Source: Paraspadella gotoi (Eukaryota; Animalia; Chaetognatha). Taken from it: DNA of 64,000 nucleotides. Every line of letters begins with the position of its first letter. Within the stretch, counting starts at the first letter, position 1. The notes under the pieces are model-generated. The model searched no databases. It saw only the letters and a list, made by a program, of their open reading frames with translations, and had not been told where the DNA came from. The stretch covers positions 11,548,185-11,612,184 of the forward strand of contig CM119271.1 of assembly GCA_051294375.1 (NCBI GenBank), read 5' to 3'. A program made the position numbers and the translations under genes. Positions 12,014 to 25,054 of this stretch are shown piece after piece.

Positions 12014-13012
12014 GAGAGAGAGAGACAAACGTAGGAAATTAGATGTAGAGCGGAGAAATACGGGACGTTCTAGAATGAATAAATCCCAGAATTCTCTTTA
12101 CATATAATAATAAAAATACAAACTAGTTGAGATTTAAATATAGCAATAGAAAATATAGGAATGAAATATTGCATGATAAATTGTATTGTATTTCATATCA
12201 TTGTTGAATTCGTTTTTGATTTGTAAAACCCTGTATTCTCGATTGAAAGAGAAAATTTCCTTTTTTCCTTTTTGCGGAAATGAATTGGCGGAAAGCCCTC
12301 TCTCTCTCTCTCTCTCTCTCTCCCTCTCTCCCTTCCCTCTTAATCTCTCTCCCATCCTCTCAATCTCTCCCTCTCTCTCTCTCCCTTCCCTCTCAATCTC
12401 TCTCCCATCCTCTCTCTCTCTCTCTTTCCCTCCCCTCTTACTCTCTCTTTCTCTCTCTCCCTCTCTCTCTCTCTATCTCTTTTCTGCCAGGAAATTCATA
12501 AGGTTAGAGAAAAGGATTTTCAAAGAAGATTAATTCTGAATATGAAGCAACACGATTTTTCATTTTTGATCCCAAAAGGTTTTAACTTTTTTGGTCGGTC
12601 TGTCTATGTGCAGTCAGTCTGTCTGTCAATAGTTAGTCCGTCTATCAATAGTCGGACTATATGTCCATAGTCGGCTTGACTGTCCATAGTCGATCTCTCT
12701 GTCTGTTTGTCCTTAGCCGGTCAGTCTATCCGCAATTGGTTTGTCTGTCCATAGTCATTCTGTCAGTACGTAGTTGGTCTGTTTGTCCGCAATTGATTTG
12801 ACGATGTTATTTAAACTTTAAACTCTTAACTCACTGAGAGACTTCAAGTCTTTTTTGGCCGATGGAGTTTTGCCAAATCTCGGAGGAAAACCTTTTCTGA
12901 GAAAGAGGACGGGCCGGGTCGCGGGTCCGGGCAAGCGGGCCTTTTCAACACTTCACCACTCACTCGCTCTCTCTCCTCTCCCCTTCTCTTTATCTCCGTC
13001 TTTCTCTCCCCC

Positions 13013-13086
<74 letters not shown>

Positions 13087-13535
13087 CCTCTCCCTTTCCC
13101 TCTCTCTCTTAACTCTCTCCCTAAATCGCCCTCAACTGGGAAGTTCAAGTTTTCCCTCATTTTTCTTCCAACCGATTTTCAATCAAGACCCTTTCCGGTT
13201 CGAACCGTTAAAGTATTTCAAATTATATTTTGTTTGTATATATTAATGTAGTTATATAGTTTATTAAAGCAGCTATACGTAAGTAAGGAGCGTGCAAAAG
13301 TCAAAACAAAATAATATGAAATTTAATATAATATTCTTAGTATTTTAAAAAACGAATTCTTTTGGTTCGTGATCTTGAATTGTTTTTCACAATCAGCCTC
13401 ACAGTTTTTACCTCCATTTATTTCACGCAAACAAAAGTGAGAAAATCTTGTTTTGAATCTTGCAGGGATTTTCTATCAGAGTCGGATGGAGGCCCGAAAC
13501 CACCAAAGGTTGTCATCAATCATTATTACAATACT

Positions 13536-13864
13536 TGTACGGAATTCATACATTCTTTCCATCAAATTTCATCTCTCCAGCCCCATCTTTTATACTCCAG
13601 CAAAGAGAAAGACCAAGACAAAGAGAAAGTTCCCAAACTCAACTACTCATTCTCAGTTTCTTCCTTTTAAGCTGTTGGTCTCTTGGGCCTTCAACTCAAG
13701 AACACAACATTGAACTTAATTTAATTGTTTGTTTCTCAAACAGTCACTCTGTAAAACAGTCTTATACACTATACAGCACCCATTCTATATTTACCCTCTT
13801 TGTCCTTAACACCCTGTACCCTTCCATTTTCATCTTTATATCTCAACACTCTGTATTCCGTATT
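13536..13864. mobile_element. Possible solo LTR in the nAChR intron
   Basis: Begins TGTACGGAATTCA and ends TGTATTCCGTATT (10 of 13 inverted match); non-microsatellite sequence with TATAAAAG on the minus strand. No clear TSD. Confidence 0.3.
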
Positions 13865-13953
13865 TCTCTTTTCTCGTTTCAGTTAGAAACTTTTTCTTTT
13901 TTTTTTGAGTAACGAGTTGACTCAAATAATTTTGCTCTGCCCCGTCCTTGCTC

Positions 13954-14010
<57 letters not shown>

Positions 14011-14616
14011 TCTCTTCTCTCTCTCCTTTATCCACACCTGTCCTTTTCCCTTTTTCACGTCGATGTTTTTCTTATCTTTTTTCTTTATTTTATCTCTCTC
14101 TCTTTCTCTCTCTTTCTTTTCACTCTGTCTCCTTCAGTCAACCACTCTCTCTCTCTCTTTCTCTCTGTCTCCATCTTTTTCTCTGTCACTATCTCCTTCT
14201 CTCACTAACTCACACTTTCGCTTTCTCCTTTTCTTTTCCCCTGAGAATTTCTAGTCTTTCCTTTTTTTTCCCTTTTTTTCCCTTTTTTCTCTTTTTTCCC
14301 CTTTTTTCACGAAATTTTGTAAAAACTTTTCCAAAAGAAAAACAAAACAGGAAAAAAATGAGAAACTAATATCGTTAAGAATGATTGATGGATGAGGTTG
14401 ATCAAGCAGCTTGCCTCTCATTGACCAATCATGGAACCGTCGGGAGGAAAAGAAAAGGAAAAGAAGAAATAGGGAGGAGGACTGGACAAAAGTGGACATC
14501 GTCTTTGGCCATTTATCTCTAACCAAGACTCTAACCCTCTACCCAAGACCCAAAGCGACCAACGCCCTTCCTTTCCCGACAACCGCCCCCCCAACCTTAC
14601 CCACTGGTTCACTTAC

Positions 14617-14703
14617 CTTTTGAATTCCGTCGTAGTCTTCTGGGTTCCAGGTGAGAAGAGCATCGCGCCACATGAATTCATAGCAGAAAGTAGATTCGAG
14701 GAG
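14617..14703 (-). CDS. nAChR alpha-like subunit, exon 2 in window (LLESTFCYEFMWRDALLTWNPEDYDGIQK)
   Basis: 87 nt, acceptor (ct)n-cag, donor aag|gtaagt, phase 0-0. Carries the W.D..L.W.P..Y.GI motif and continues in frame from the previous exon. Confidence 0.95.
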
Positions 14704-15270
14704 CTGAGAGAGAGAGAGAGAGAGGGGGGAGAGAGAGAGAGAGAGGCAGAGGCAGTGGGAGAGAGAGACAGGGGAAGGAATGGGGAGAAGTAAACTAGTA
14801 AAAAAAGCTAAAAATAATTTCTCTCCTTCTTTCTTCATTATCTTCCTTTTCTTTTTTTCTTTCTCTCCCTCTCTATTTTCTCTCACCTCTCTTTCTCTTC
14901 CTCTCTATTTCCTCTCTCATCTCTTTCTCTCTATTTCCTCTCTCCTCTCTTTCTCTTCCTCTCTATTTCCTCTCTCATCTCTTTCTTGCTCTCTCTTTTA
15001 CCTCTCTCCTCTCTTTCTCTCTCCTCTCTTTCTCTCCCTCTCTATTTCCTCTCTCCTACCTTTCTCCCCAATTCCTATCTTTCTCTCCCTCTTTCCCTCT
15101 CTCTGTCCCTATCTTTTCCTCAAGAAAGGTAAGACCCGTCAGCCTCCTTGCGTGGCTCAAAAATTTACGAGGATCATGAATTATTGAATTATCGCTTCGA
15201 GGAGAAAGAAGAGGAAAAATTAAACGTCGTTGAAAAATGTCCTTGCTAAAAATTGACGAAGATCTTGAGT

Positions 15271-15328
<58 letters not shown>

Positions 15329-15853
15329 ATTTACATATGAATGCTTCAACGTTTAAATTTTTTCAAAAAGCTGAAATCATGAACCAAAAATGTCAAGGAT
15401 TTGAAAAATGAGGTGATTTATGCTTCTTAGTTTCTTGGCTTAAATTCTCTCAAGGAGAAGGGAGCTTGGCAAGGGTCCTGGGGCGGCCTCAGGGGATCTG
15501 CTGGAGTCGAGGGGGGCCTAAGGGGGACCTGCTGGGGCCGAGGGGGGCCCGTGGGAGCCTGAGCGACCCTGTGGGGACTCGCGGGGGAATGTGGGGAAAG
15601 ATAAAGAGAGAATTTTGCTTTCCCATCTTAAATTGACTATCCTCTTTCTACGTTGATTTTGCTTCCCCATTGCTTCCATATTGCTTCCACATTGCTTCCC
15701 CATTGCTTCACTTTATTCTCCACCTATTTGATGTCTGCAATAATTGAGAGTCACCTTATATTACCTTTAATAACTTAGTGACGCCGTTGAGAAACTAGAC
15801 TTTCTTTATTTTGCTGCGCTCACCTGTAGACTCTGTTCTTACTCTCTTACAAG

Positions 15854-15918
<65 letters not shown>

Positions 15919-16014
15919 GATTCCGACCAGGAAGGAAAGGGGAGAAAAAGGCGTGGTGGAAAAGTTTTCCCTGAAAATAAGTTTCGCGAAGTCAAGAGGT
16001 CAAAGTTTTGAAGA

Positions 16015-16205
16015 GAATGAGGTTAGAAGGTCAAAGGATGAGGTTAGAAAGTCAAAAGGTCAAGAATGAGGTCAAAAGGTCAAAGAATAAGGTTAGAAGG
16101 TCAAATGGTCAAGAATGAGGTCAAAGGGTCAAAGAATGAGGTTAGAAGGTCAAAAAGTCAAAAAATGAGGTTAGAAGGTCAAAGGGTCAAAGAATAAGGT
16201 CACGG
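16015..16205 (+). repeat. gaatgaggttagaaggtcaaa-type minisatellite
   Basis: Degenerate tandem units of about 21-29 bp. Confidence 0.75.
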
Positions 16206-17052
16206 GGACAAAAAGGTCACCCAATCCAAGTCTTAACAAAAAGAAAACAAAAAGGAAAGACGACGATGACGATGACGAATTTATTGACCAACGACAACAA
16301 CAACAAGAGAATAAAGACAAAGAAATTCATTGTTGAAATCAACTTTAATGTTTATCATTTTCTTTAGTTTAAAAAGAAATAAATAATTCAAGTCCCTTTG
16401 AGATTTATTTCTTCCTCATTTTATTTTATGGTTTCTAAAAATAGACCAAGAATTATCTCTATTTTTAAATCGAGAAATTTCTTATCATTAATATTTTAAA
16501 TCGAATTTGAAAAATAAAAGAAAAGAAAAGAAATGAAAAATGAAATAAAAGAAAAACGAAACGAAAAGAAAAGAATATTTATTCTCTTTAAAGAGAAAAG
16601 AAAAGGAAAGAATGGAAGAGAAAAGAAAAGAAAAAAAGGAAAAGAAAAGAAAAGAAAAGAAAAGAAAAGAAAAGAAAAGAAAAGAAAAGAAAAGAAAAGA
16701 AAAGAAAAGAAAAGAAAAGAAAAGAAGGGAGCCACGTCGATTCATAATAAAGAGGTGAATGCCTTTTAAATCTCGATTGATGATCTTCGGTTAAGACGTG
16801 AATATAATCGTCATAAAAGCTGCTTCGTCGTCGTCGTCGTCGTCGCTGTCCTTATTGTTGTTGTTGTTTTTGTTTTTTCGTTGTTGTTTTTTGCAAGGCG
16901 CTTGTACTGATTTAAACTCCTTTTACTCCATTTACGGAACATGTACAATAAAGTGAAGTGAAAGTTTGGAATCAAAATTTAACAGTTATATCATGAAAAA
17001 TATCAAATTAGTGAATACTGAATTACTGATCTGTAATTCTTTTTCTTTTTTA

Positions 17053-17463
17053 TGTATATTGTAGCCCAGTCAGCTTATTTTGTATATCTTACTACCCTTA
17101 TATAATGTCAAAATTTCAAAATGTTTTTTTAAAAATTCTGAGAAAAGATTCAGATTCCTCATAAAAAGTTGGTAAAAGAAAATATAAATCTTTTTTAAAA
17201 ATTATGTCATTAAGTAGGTTAAAATTATAAAAAACTAAATTTTTAAGCTGAAAATTAAAAATATATTAAATATAGTTTTTATATTTTTGACCAACTTAAT
17301 GAAAGAATTTTTAAAAAAGAATTATACTTTTTTTATATATATCAACTTTTTGCAAAGAATTCAAATCCGTACTTAAAATTTTAAAAGTTGCATTTTAAAA
17401 TATTAGCCTATTATATACTTATTACTATATATAAATATAGCTCACTGGTGCCCACTAATGTAT
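17053..17463. mobile_element. AT-rich foldback MITE (about 410 bp imperfect palindrome)
   Basis: Arms pair at several points: ccagtcagct vs agctcactgg; aaaaagttggta vs tatcaactttt; ttttttaaaaattatgtcattaagtaggttaaaattataaaaaacta vs tagtttttatatttttgaccaacttaatgaaagaatttttaaaaaa. Ends are TA-rich. Confidence 0.6.
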
Positions 17464-17745
17464 AGAATTAAAAAATGAATTTACCAAAATATTTTTATTG
17501 GTTTTTATTTTTATGTTCTATATGATAATATATACAATATTGTACACCTTAACTTGTTTTAAACTCTCTATCTCCCCTATCGCAAAGGAGAAAACGCTCA
17601 ACACCTTAACCTCTCTATTTGCCCTCTCTTGACACGGACCTCTCTCCTCTTTTCCTCTCTATCGAAACAAAATTCCACCCACGCACCTAAACCATTTTTT
17701 TTGTGTCTCTAGAGAGAAAAAGGAAAAACATTAGAAGACAAAAGA

Positions 17746-17801
<56 letters not shown>

Positions 17802-18172
17802 GACAAAAGAGCATCGAAGGCAACGGAGATAAGCGACCGCTTGAGGCGCACGATCATCCACGGCGAAGAGTTGATGTTTTCGTCGTCTGTCTCTGTCTCT
17901 ATCTTACTCTCTTTCTCTCTCTCTCTTTATCTCTTTCTATGAGACACTTTTCGGTCGGTCTGTCCCACTTACATTAAAAATGTTCAAATCTTGCATATAG
18001 TTGGTTGCTCATTTGTTAAGACAGGAAAAAACTTCAAATCTAAACGACTGCTAGCGCCGCCTTCAGGAAATCCTAAAACTATAAAGAAAAAAAGATGAGC
18101 TAAGAAAGTCACTGCGGCGCAACAGACATTTGAATTTCCCTTCTTTTTTCCTTTCTTTATTTCTTTCTCTCC

Positions 18173-18206
<34 letters not shown>

Positions 18207-18461
18207 TTTTTCTTTCTTTCTTTCTCTCCCTCTCTCTCTTTCTCTGTCCCTCGCCTTCTCGTCTTGTGAAAAAACTTCTTCAAATTTTTATCTTTTGTTT
18301 TTTGATTCTTTTATTACATTAATTATCCTTCTAAGATTAATGTTGTTTTTTCCTGAAAAAAATAAAAGAAACTTTTAACTTTGTCTTTTTCTTATTTTAA
18401 ATTATTTTTTTCTCGGTTTTTAAAAAAGGTTGTGATTAAAAACCTCTTTATTAGTGCAAAT

Positions 18462-18493
<32 letters not shown>

Positions 18494-18512
18494 TATAGAG
18501 ATAGAGAGATAT

Positions 18513-18572
<60 letters not shown>

Positions 18573-18833
18573 TATTAACAAAGAGAGGTGAAAATAACTC
18601 TTGAAATAAAAGGTTTGTCCTGTAATGAAACAACAAACCAGCAAACTAAGCAAAGAACAAACAATGGTTAAAAAAAATAATATTTTATTTTCGAAAAAAA
18701 AGTAGATGAGTCATTTAACACATAAATGAGAAATTTATCAACGATTTAAAAAAGAAGTAAAAAATTATATTTAATTTGAATTTTATGGAAAAACAAAGAG
18801 ATAAATCTGAGTCTTTGACCTCCTATCACTCAC

Positions 18834-18894
<61 letters not shown>

Positions 18895-18984
18895 TCTTAA
18901 TTAGAATCTGTGATGCAACCTCTGCTGCTACGATAACAAGCAAGGTTGTGCCGCAGCAACCTCGCTGCCGCAAATAAGACTGAC

Positions 18985-19086
18985 CTGATGTTTCTCGTCG
19001 AGATCAAAGATGTGCTGCAGCACGAGTGAGATAGTGACAGTGACAGTTTCGTTGTACTGAAGCACAGGACGGATTCGTGGGTTTGT
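18985..19086 (-). CDS. nAChR alpha-like Cys-loop receptor subunit, first recognisable exon (TNPRIRPVLQYNETVTVTISLVLQHIFDLDEKHQ)
   Basis: 102 nt, acceptor ttttgttcgacag, donor gtcagt, phase 0-0. The RPV..N...V.V...L..I.D.DEK.Q pattern matches the N-terminal part of the Neur_chan_LBD domain. Confidence 0.92.
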
Positions 19087-19974
19087 CTGTCGAACAAAAG
19101 GGAATCGAATTTTGAAAGAGATAAATGCGACATCTTTTGATTCACTCATGAACTACGAATGTTACTTTCGGTTTTGTATATAAAAGAGTAAATAAAATTA
19201 TGAAAGTAGTACAACCAATATTTATATATATATTTATTTACTTTGGTCAGGCTATAGTGGGTTTTAAATTAGTATTATTACACATATTATTTTATTATTT
19301 TCATTTATTGGAATGGCCCTTTAATACAATTGAAATAGTTTATGAAACAATTAGGCATTTCAGCTTATTAATTAAATGAATTATTATTTTTATATTAATA
19401 AAAGTATTAGTATTTTTTAAATTTAAACTAACTATTCATACTAATACAAAACTGTCTCATTTCAGTCTCCAAAAGCGACGTGAAAATGACTTTTTTGATG
19501 TTAAGTTTGACCATCATTACGATAATCGGACTTAGGAAGAAATCTCTCTCTCTCTCTCNNNNNNNNNNTCTCTCTCTCTCTCTCTGACCTCTGACCTCTG
19601 ACCCAATCAGTGACCAAAACGACTTAGAGAATCCAACTCGTTTTTCGTCAAGAATAAAAATCTCAATTTTGAATCTCGAATCCATTTTCCATTTCGCCAT
19701 TTTTGTCGTTTTCCATTTTTCCTTTTTCTCTTTTTCCATTTTTCTTTTAATTCTTTTTCTCCATTTTTCTCGTTTCTCTTTTTTCCATTTTCCTATTTTT
19801 TTCTTTTTTAAAACAAAGGGAAAAAAATTCATTTTTCTCTCGACCTCCAATCGGAAAATAGGAAACGACGACAACAACGACGACAACAACAACAACAACC
19901 AGATGGTTTATCTCTTTCCCTTTTTTTCGTTGACTTTCGATTCTGGCTTCGACGCTTAAGCAAATGGCCTCGTA

Positions 19975-20520
19975 AAAGGAAAGAGGCCATTGAGGGTGGA
20001 GAGAGGCCAAAGGAATAAGGAAAGAGGCCAACGAGGATGGAGAGAGGCCAAGGAAAAAAGAAAAGAGGCCAACGAGGGTGGAGAGAGGTTAGGGAAAAGA
20101 GGAAAAAGGCCAACGAAGGTGGAGAGAGGCCAAGGAAAAAGGAAAAGGCGATGGAGGGAGAAAGTGGCCAGAGAAAAGAGGAAAGAGGCCAAGGAAAGAA
20201 CAGGGCAGGAAGAACAGGGCAGGGAAGGGCAGGAAAGGACCAAACTGGGAAGGACAGGGAAAGACAAAGCAGGGAGGGATTGAGAAGGACAAAGCAGGGA
20301 AGGACAGGGATGGACAGGACAGGGAAGGACAGGGCAGGGAACGACAGGTCAGGGAAGGGAAGGGCAGGGAAAAGCAGGGAAGGACACAGCAGTGAAGGAT
20401 CGAGCAGGGAAGGACAGGGAAGGACAAAGCAGGAAGGGATTGAGAAGGACAACGCAGGGAAGGACCAAGCAGGGAAGGACCAAGCAGGGAAGGACAAAGC
20501 AGGGAAGGACAGGGAGGGAA
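19975..20520 (+). repeat. Compound purine-rich minisatellite (gaggccaacgagggtggagagaggccaagg units, then agggaaggac/aaagc units)
   Basis: Tandem degenerate units; source of the spurious ORFs at 19829-20721. Confidence 0.8.
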
Positions 20521-20628
20521 AACATTGACAAATGACAAATGAGCCTGAGACGAGACGAGGACCACAAAAGGAGAAATTGACACAAGAGATTTTAGACGCT
20601 CATCACCTCTTAAGCAAAGACAAGAGGA

Positions 20629-20676
<48 letters not shown>

Positions 20677-21012
20677 AGAAAGAAAGAAAGAAAGAAATAG
20701 AAAAAAAAAAAAGTTGAACAACTAAAGTTGGGCTGATAACTTGCCTCGGCAGCAAAAGAGACAGCAGTATTTCATGTTATGCCTTCAGAGCATCAATACT
20801 GAACAGTTAATACCAAACAGCATTGAGTCAACATTCTTAACGGTCAACACCCCGCGGGGTCATTTCACCCCTTTGCGCCATCAAAGGTCAAGACCCCGCG
20901 GGGTCATTTCACCCCTTCGCGCCATTAATACCCTTGAAAGACGAATGGTGCTTATTATTAGTTAAATTAGTCAGGAAAGATTTCGTGAGGATGATATAGA
21001 TCATTGGGGCCG

Positions 21013-21104
<92 letters not shown>

Positions 21105-21777
21105 TTTTCTCTGACAAAATCAGGAATTAAAAGATCGAAAATCGTAAAACTTTTGCTGTGAAATGAATTAATTTACATCTTTTGGCGGAAATTAACCAAA
21201 AAAGATTCTCGTACAAATTACTGTGAAAGAGGAAGAGGAAGAGGAAGAGGGAGAGTTAGAGAGAGAGAGGAGAGGGAGGGAGAGAGGGAGAGGGAGAGGG
21301 AGAGTTAGAGACAGAGAGGAGAGAGAGAGGGAGGGAGAGAGAGGGAGAACCAAACTAATTCTAAAACGCAACGAAAGAAAACATTCACACAATGTTTACA
21401 AATTAAAATGTCAAATTAAAATAATTATAGCTGCACTTTCTATTTCTAACTAATAATCAATATTACTAGTTAACTTTAACCGTCTTCACGTAAAATTACA
21501 AAAAGCATCAGTTTTTTTACAAAATCTTTCAATAATATTTCTTGAGCTTCGCTGCCTTCCGTGCCACATGGGGCTGGACTGGGTTGGGTTCGGCTGGGCC
21601 AAAAGCGAAAGGTTGGGCTCGGCTGGGCCAAAGGCTAGCCCTTTGGGTCGAAAAGCCTTTTCATTCACCTCGGGGTTTATTGTGCTGATTCGATGCGATC
21701 AAATGCGATTAGTTGCAATCAAATGCAATCATATGCAGATGTTGACCGGGTCAAGGAATTAACGACGGGTAGCGTCC

Positions 21778-21820
<43 letters not shown>

Positions 21821-23129
21821 CCTCTCTCTCTCTCCCTCTCTCTCCCCCTCCCATCTTAACGAGAGAAATGTAGGTCAGAGATGAGGCCGACAATCCAGAT
21901 GCCCGACAACTCTGTCGGTCAAAGAGAATTTCCTTGATTTTCTGTGAATCGTTGATGAGTGAGATGGAAGATGACGATGAAGAAGATGGTAATGATGATG
22001 AAGATGATGAGAATAATGATGATGATGTTGATGATGATGATAATGATAATGATGATGATAAAAAAATAAAAATTATGAAATTAAATATTTCACCGAAGGG
22101 AAAAATAAAAAAAAGTCAAACTAAGATTTTTAATTTATCTTCAAACTTGGAAATAAATTTGTACATCAATTTAAAAGAATAAATATTTAATTATGTAAAT
22201 AAAGAAAAATGTATATTATATAAATATTACCAGATAAAAAAAATAATATTTTTATTTTTCTCTTTTTAATAAGAAAATCGATTATTTTTTCTATAATTTG
22301 ATTTCTGATGAAAAATTTGTGAAGGAAAAGAAGCAACAGATGGGAGACGATTCTTTCTTTGAAGTGAGTATGATTCTCTCTCTCTCTCTCTAACTCTCTC
22401 TCTCCCTCTCGCTCTCTCTATCTCGCTCTCTCTATCTCTATCTTCTATAATGGTTTTAGAAGGAGCTACCACGAGACCCTCAAGCAACTTTTTTACTGAT
22501 TCTTCGCTTAGGCGAAAAAAACTTAATTTTATTGTGGAAAGTGAAGAGAAAAAGATAAGAAAAGGCAATAAAAGAAAAGAGAGGAAGAAAATGAAATAGA
22601 AGAAAAAAGAGAAGAAGAAAAGAGAAGATGGAAATTAAAGAAAAGAGAGGAAAAAAAGAGAAGAAGGGAATAAAAGAAAAGACAGGAAGAAAATGAAAGA
22701 AAAGAAAAAAGAGAAGAAGAAAAGAGAAAAAGGGAATAAAAGAAAAGACAGGAAGAAAATGAAAGAGTAGAAAAAAGAAAAGAAGAAAAGAGTAGAAGGG
22801 AATAAAAGAAAAGACAGGAAGAAAATGAAAGAGAAGAAAAAAGAGAAGAAGAAAAGAGAGGAAGAAAAGAGAAGAAGGGAATAAAAGAAAAGAAAGGAAG
22901 AAAATGAAAGAAAAAAAAGAAAAGAAGGGAATAAAAGAAAAGAAAAGAAAAAAATGAAAGAAAACAAAAAAGAGAAAAAGAAAAAAGAAATTAGAGAAAT
23001 AGAGGAAAAAAATGAAATAGAAGAAGAAAAAGAAAAGAAAGAGAAAAAAGAGAAGAAGAAAAGAAAAGAAAAGAAAAAAGAAAAGTTTTCCCTTTTTTTC
23101 TTTATCGTTTTTTTTCTCTCTCTCCCACC

Positions 23130-23172
<43 letters not shown>

Positions 23173-24224
23173 CTTTATTGTTTCTCTCTCTTTTCTTATC
23201 GCTTCTTTCGTCGCCTAAATTTCTTTTTCTTCCAGCGAAACTTTTCTTCGTTTTCGTCAACCAATTTTTTGCCACTCCGATTATTTGCCACTTCGATACT
23301 TTGCTCCACTCCTGACATTTTCCCATTTCCCGCGAATTCTTAATTCTTTCCCAAAAATAGAAACACCGACGAAAGAACTGATCCCTCCTGCCTACAGATT
23401 TAGACATCTTTATATCCCAATGAGATTCATACAAATTTGGCGACCGACCAAAGCCATTCTTTGCTTTTATTCTCTCGCCACATTTTTCGGCAAAACACTA
23501 ATCTTTTTCAACACTCTTTTCTTCTTATCTTTCACTTCATTCTTCGGCTTCCGCCACCCCTCCCCCCACGCAGTCGCCATTCCGCGCCATCGGATCCTAA
23601 TGCGCCCCTTAAGAATTATTCCGTGCCGCAGCCGCAGCCGCCGCAGCCGTAGCCGCCGCCAAGCCGCACCCTCGCCGACTCAGAGCCGCAGCAGCTGCCG
23701 CCGCCAAGCCGCACCGTCGCCGCCTAAGAGCCGCCGCGGAGCCGCGGTCTTGACGCTTCGACGCCTCGTTTTTGGTCGACGGGGAATTTGAACTTTGGAC
23801 TCTTTGAACTGAGGGCTTTTGATTTTGGACTTTTTGGGATTTAGACTTTGGACATTTTGGGCTTTGGACTTTGAACTTTTTGGGCTTTTGACTTTGTACT
23901 TTGAACTTTTTTGACTTTGGACTTGGGACTTTGAAGAGACTTTAAAGACTATGGACTCATAATCGCTTTTTTAGTTTAGTCTCAGATGAAAGATATTACG
24001 TATTTGCGAAAAAGGGTCTAACTACAATAAGGCTTTTAGCTTTAGGCTACAGACTATTGGCTTATAGCTAATAGATCTAAGCTTTGGAATTTTTAATTTA
24101 GTGATAGACGGAATAATACGTCTGTCTTACAACATATTGATATTCTGCTTAAAGTATAACTGAATCAATGTGGCAGAAAAATAAAGAAAGGGAAAAAAGA
24201 AAAGAAAAGAAAAGAAAAGAAAAG

Positions 24225-24255
<31 letters not shown>

Positions 24256-24780
24256 CTTTTTTTGTTGTATCGAAAAAACGCGTTTCGTCTCATTTGACAT
24301 TCCACACACGCGGGTTTCATACGGAAATGATAAAGCGGTTAGTTGTACATCCGGAAACTTCTCTTTTTAAAAAACTGTCAGACAAAGAGACGAATAAAAA
24401 AAGATAACTGTACAGACACAGACACTCACAAATATACTCTATTCTATTCAAATGTATTTTACATAGACTTTTAAGTTTTCTTCATAACTTACATTAATAG
24501 ACTGAGGGAGATTGTAGATTTAAAAGCTACCAGGATCTTGCTCTGTTATTATATTGTAAAAAGATAAGCGGCCTGTCCAAAATCTTAAAAAAGATACTAG
24601 CTTATTTATTGAATTGTTTGTTTGTAAACTTTTGTCAATTCGATTCTTTCCGAATTTATAATTTCAAATCATTCATAATTGCGCGTCTCTGCTTATTTGT
24701 TGATCTATTAACATTTTTATTTCACTCGATTTTCTAAACATCTTATCTTTCGCCTCATCGCTCAATACTTTAAGGCTTAA

Positions 24781-24815
<35 letters not shown>

Positions 24816-24842
24816 NNNNNNNNNNNNNNNNNNNNNNNNNTC

Positions 24843-24873
<31 letters not shown>

Positions 24874-25019
24874 CTTCCCTCCCCGCTTCTCACATCTTAA
24901 GAGAGGAAAATGTGTTCGTGCGAGAAAAACAACAAAATCAAAAATACCATATGAATAAAACATGGCGGAGTGCGGGAGGCGCCGAGTGCGGCGGCGTCGC
25001 GGCGGGCGGCGGCGAGCGG

Positions 25020-25054
<35 letters not shown>

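Noticed and set aside
21960-22060. Acidic poly-Asp ORF
   Set aside because: It is a (GAT)n microsatellite.
22465-22515. SEESVKKLLEGLV as the missing N-terminal helix exon of the nAChR
   Set aside because: Position and pattern are plausible, but the donor (gtagct) is poor and no signal-peptide link is visible.
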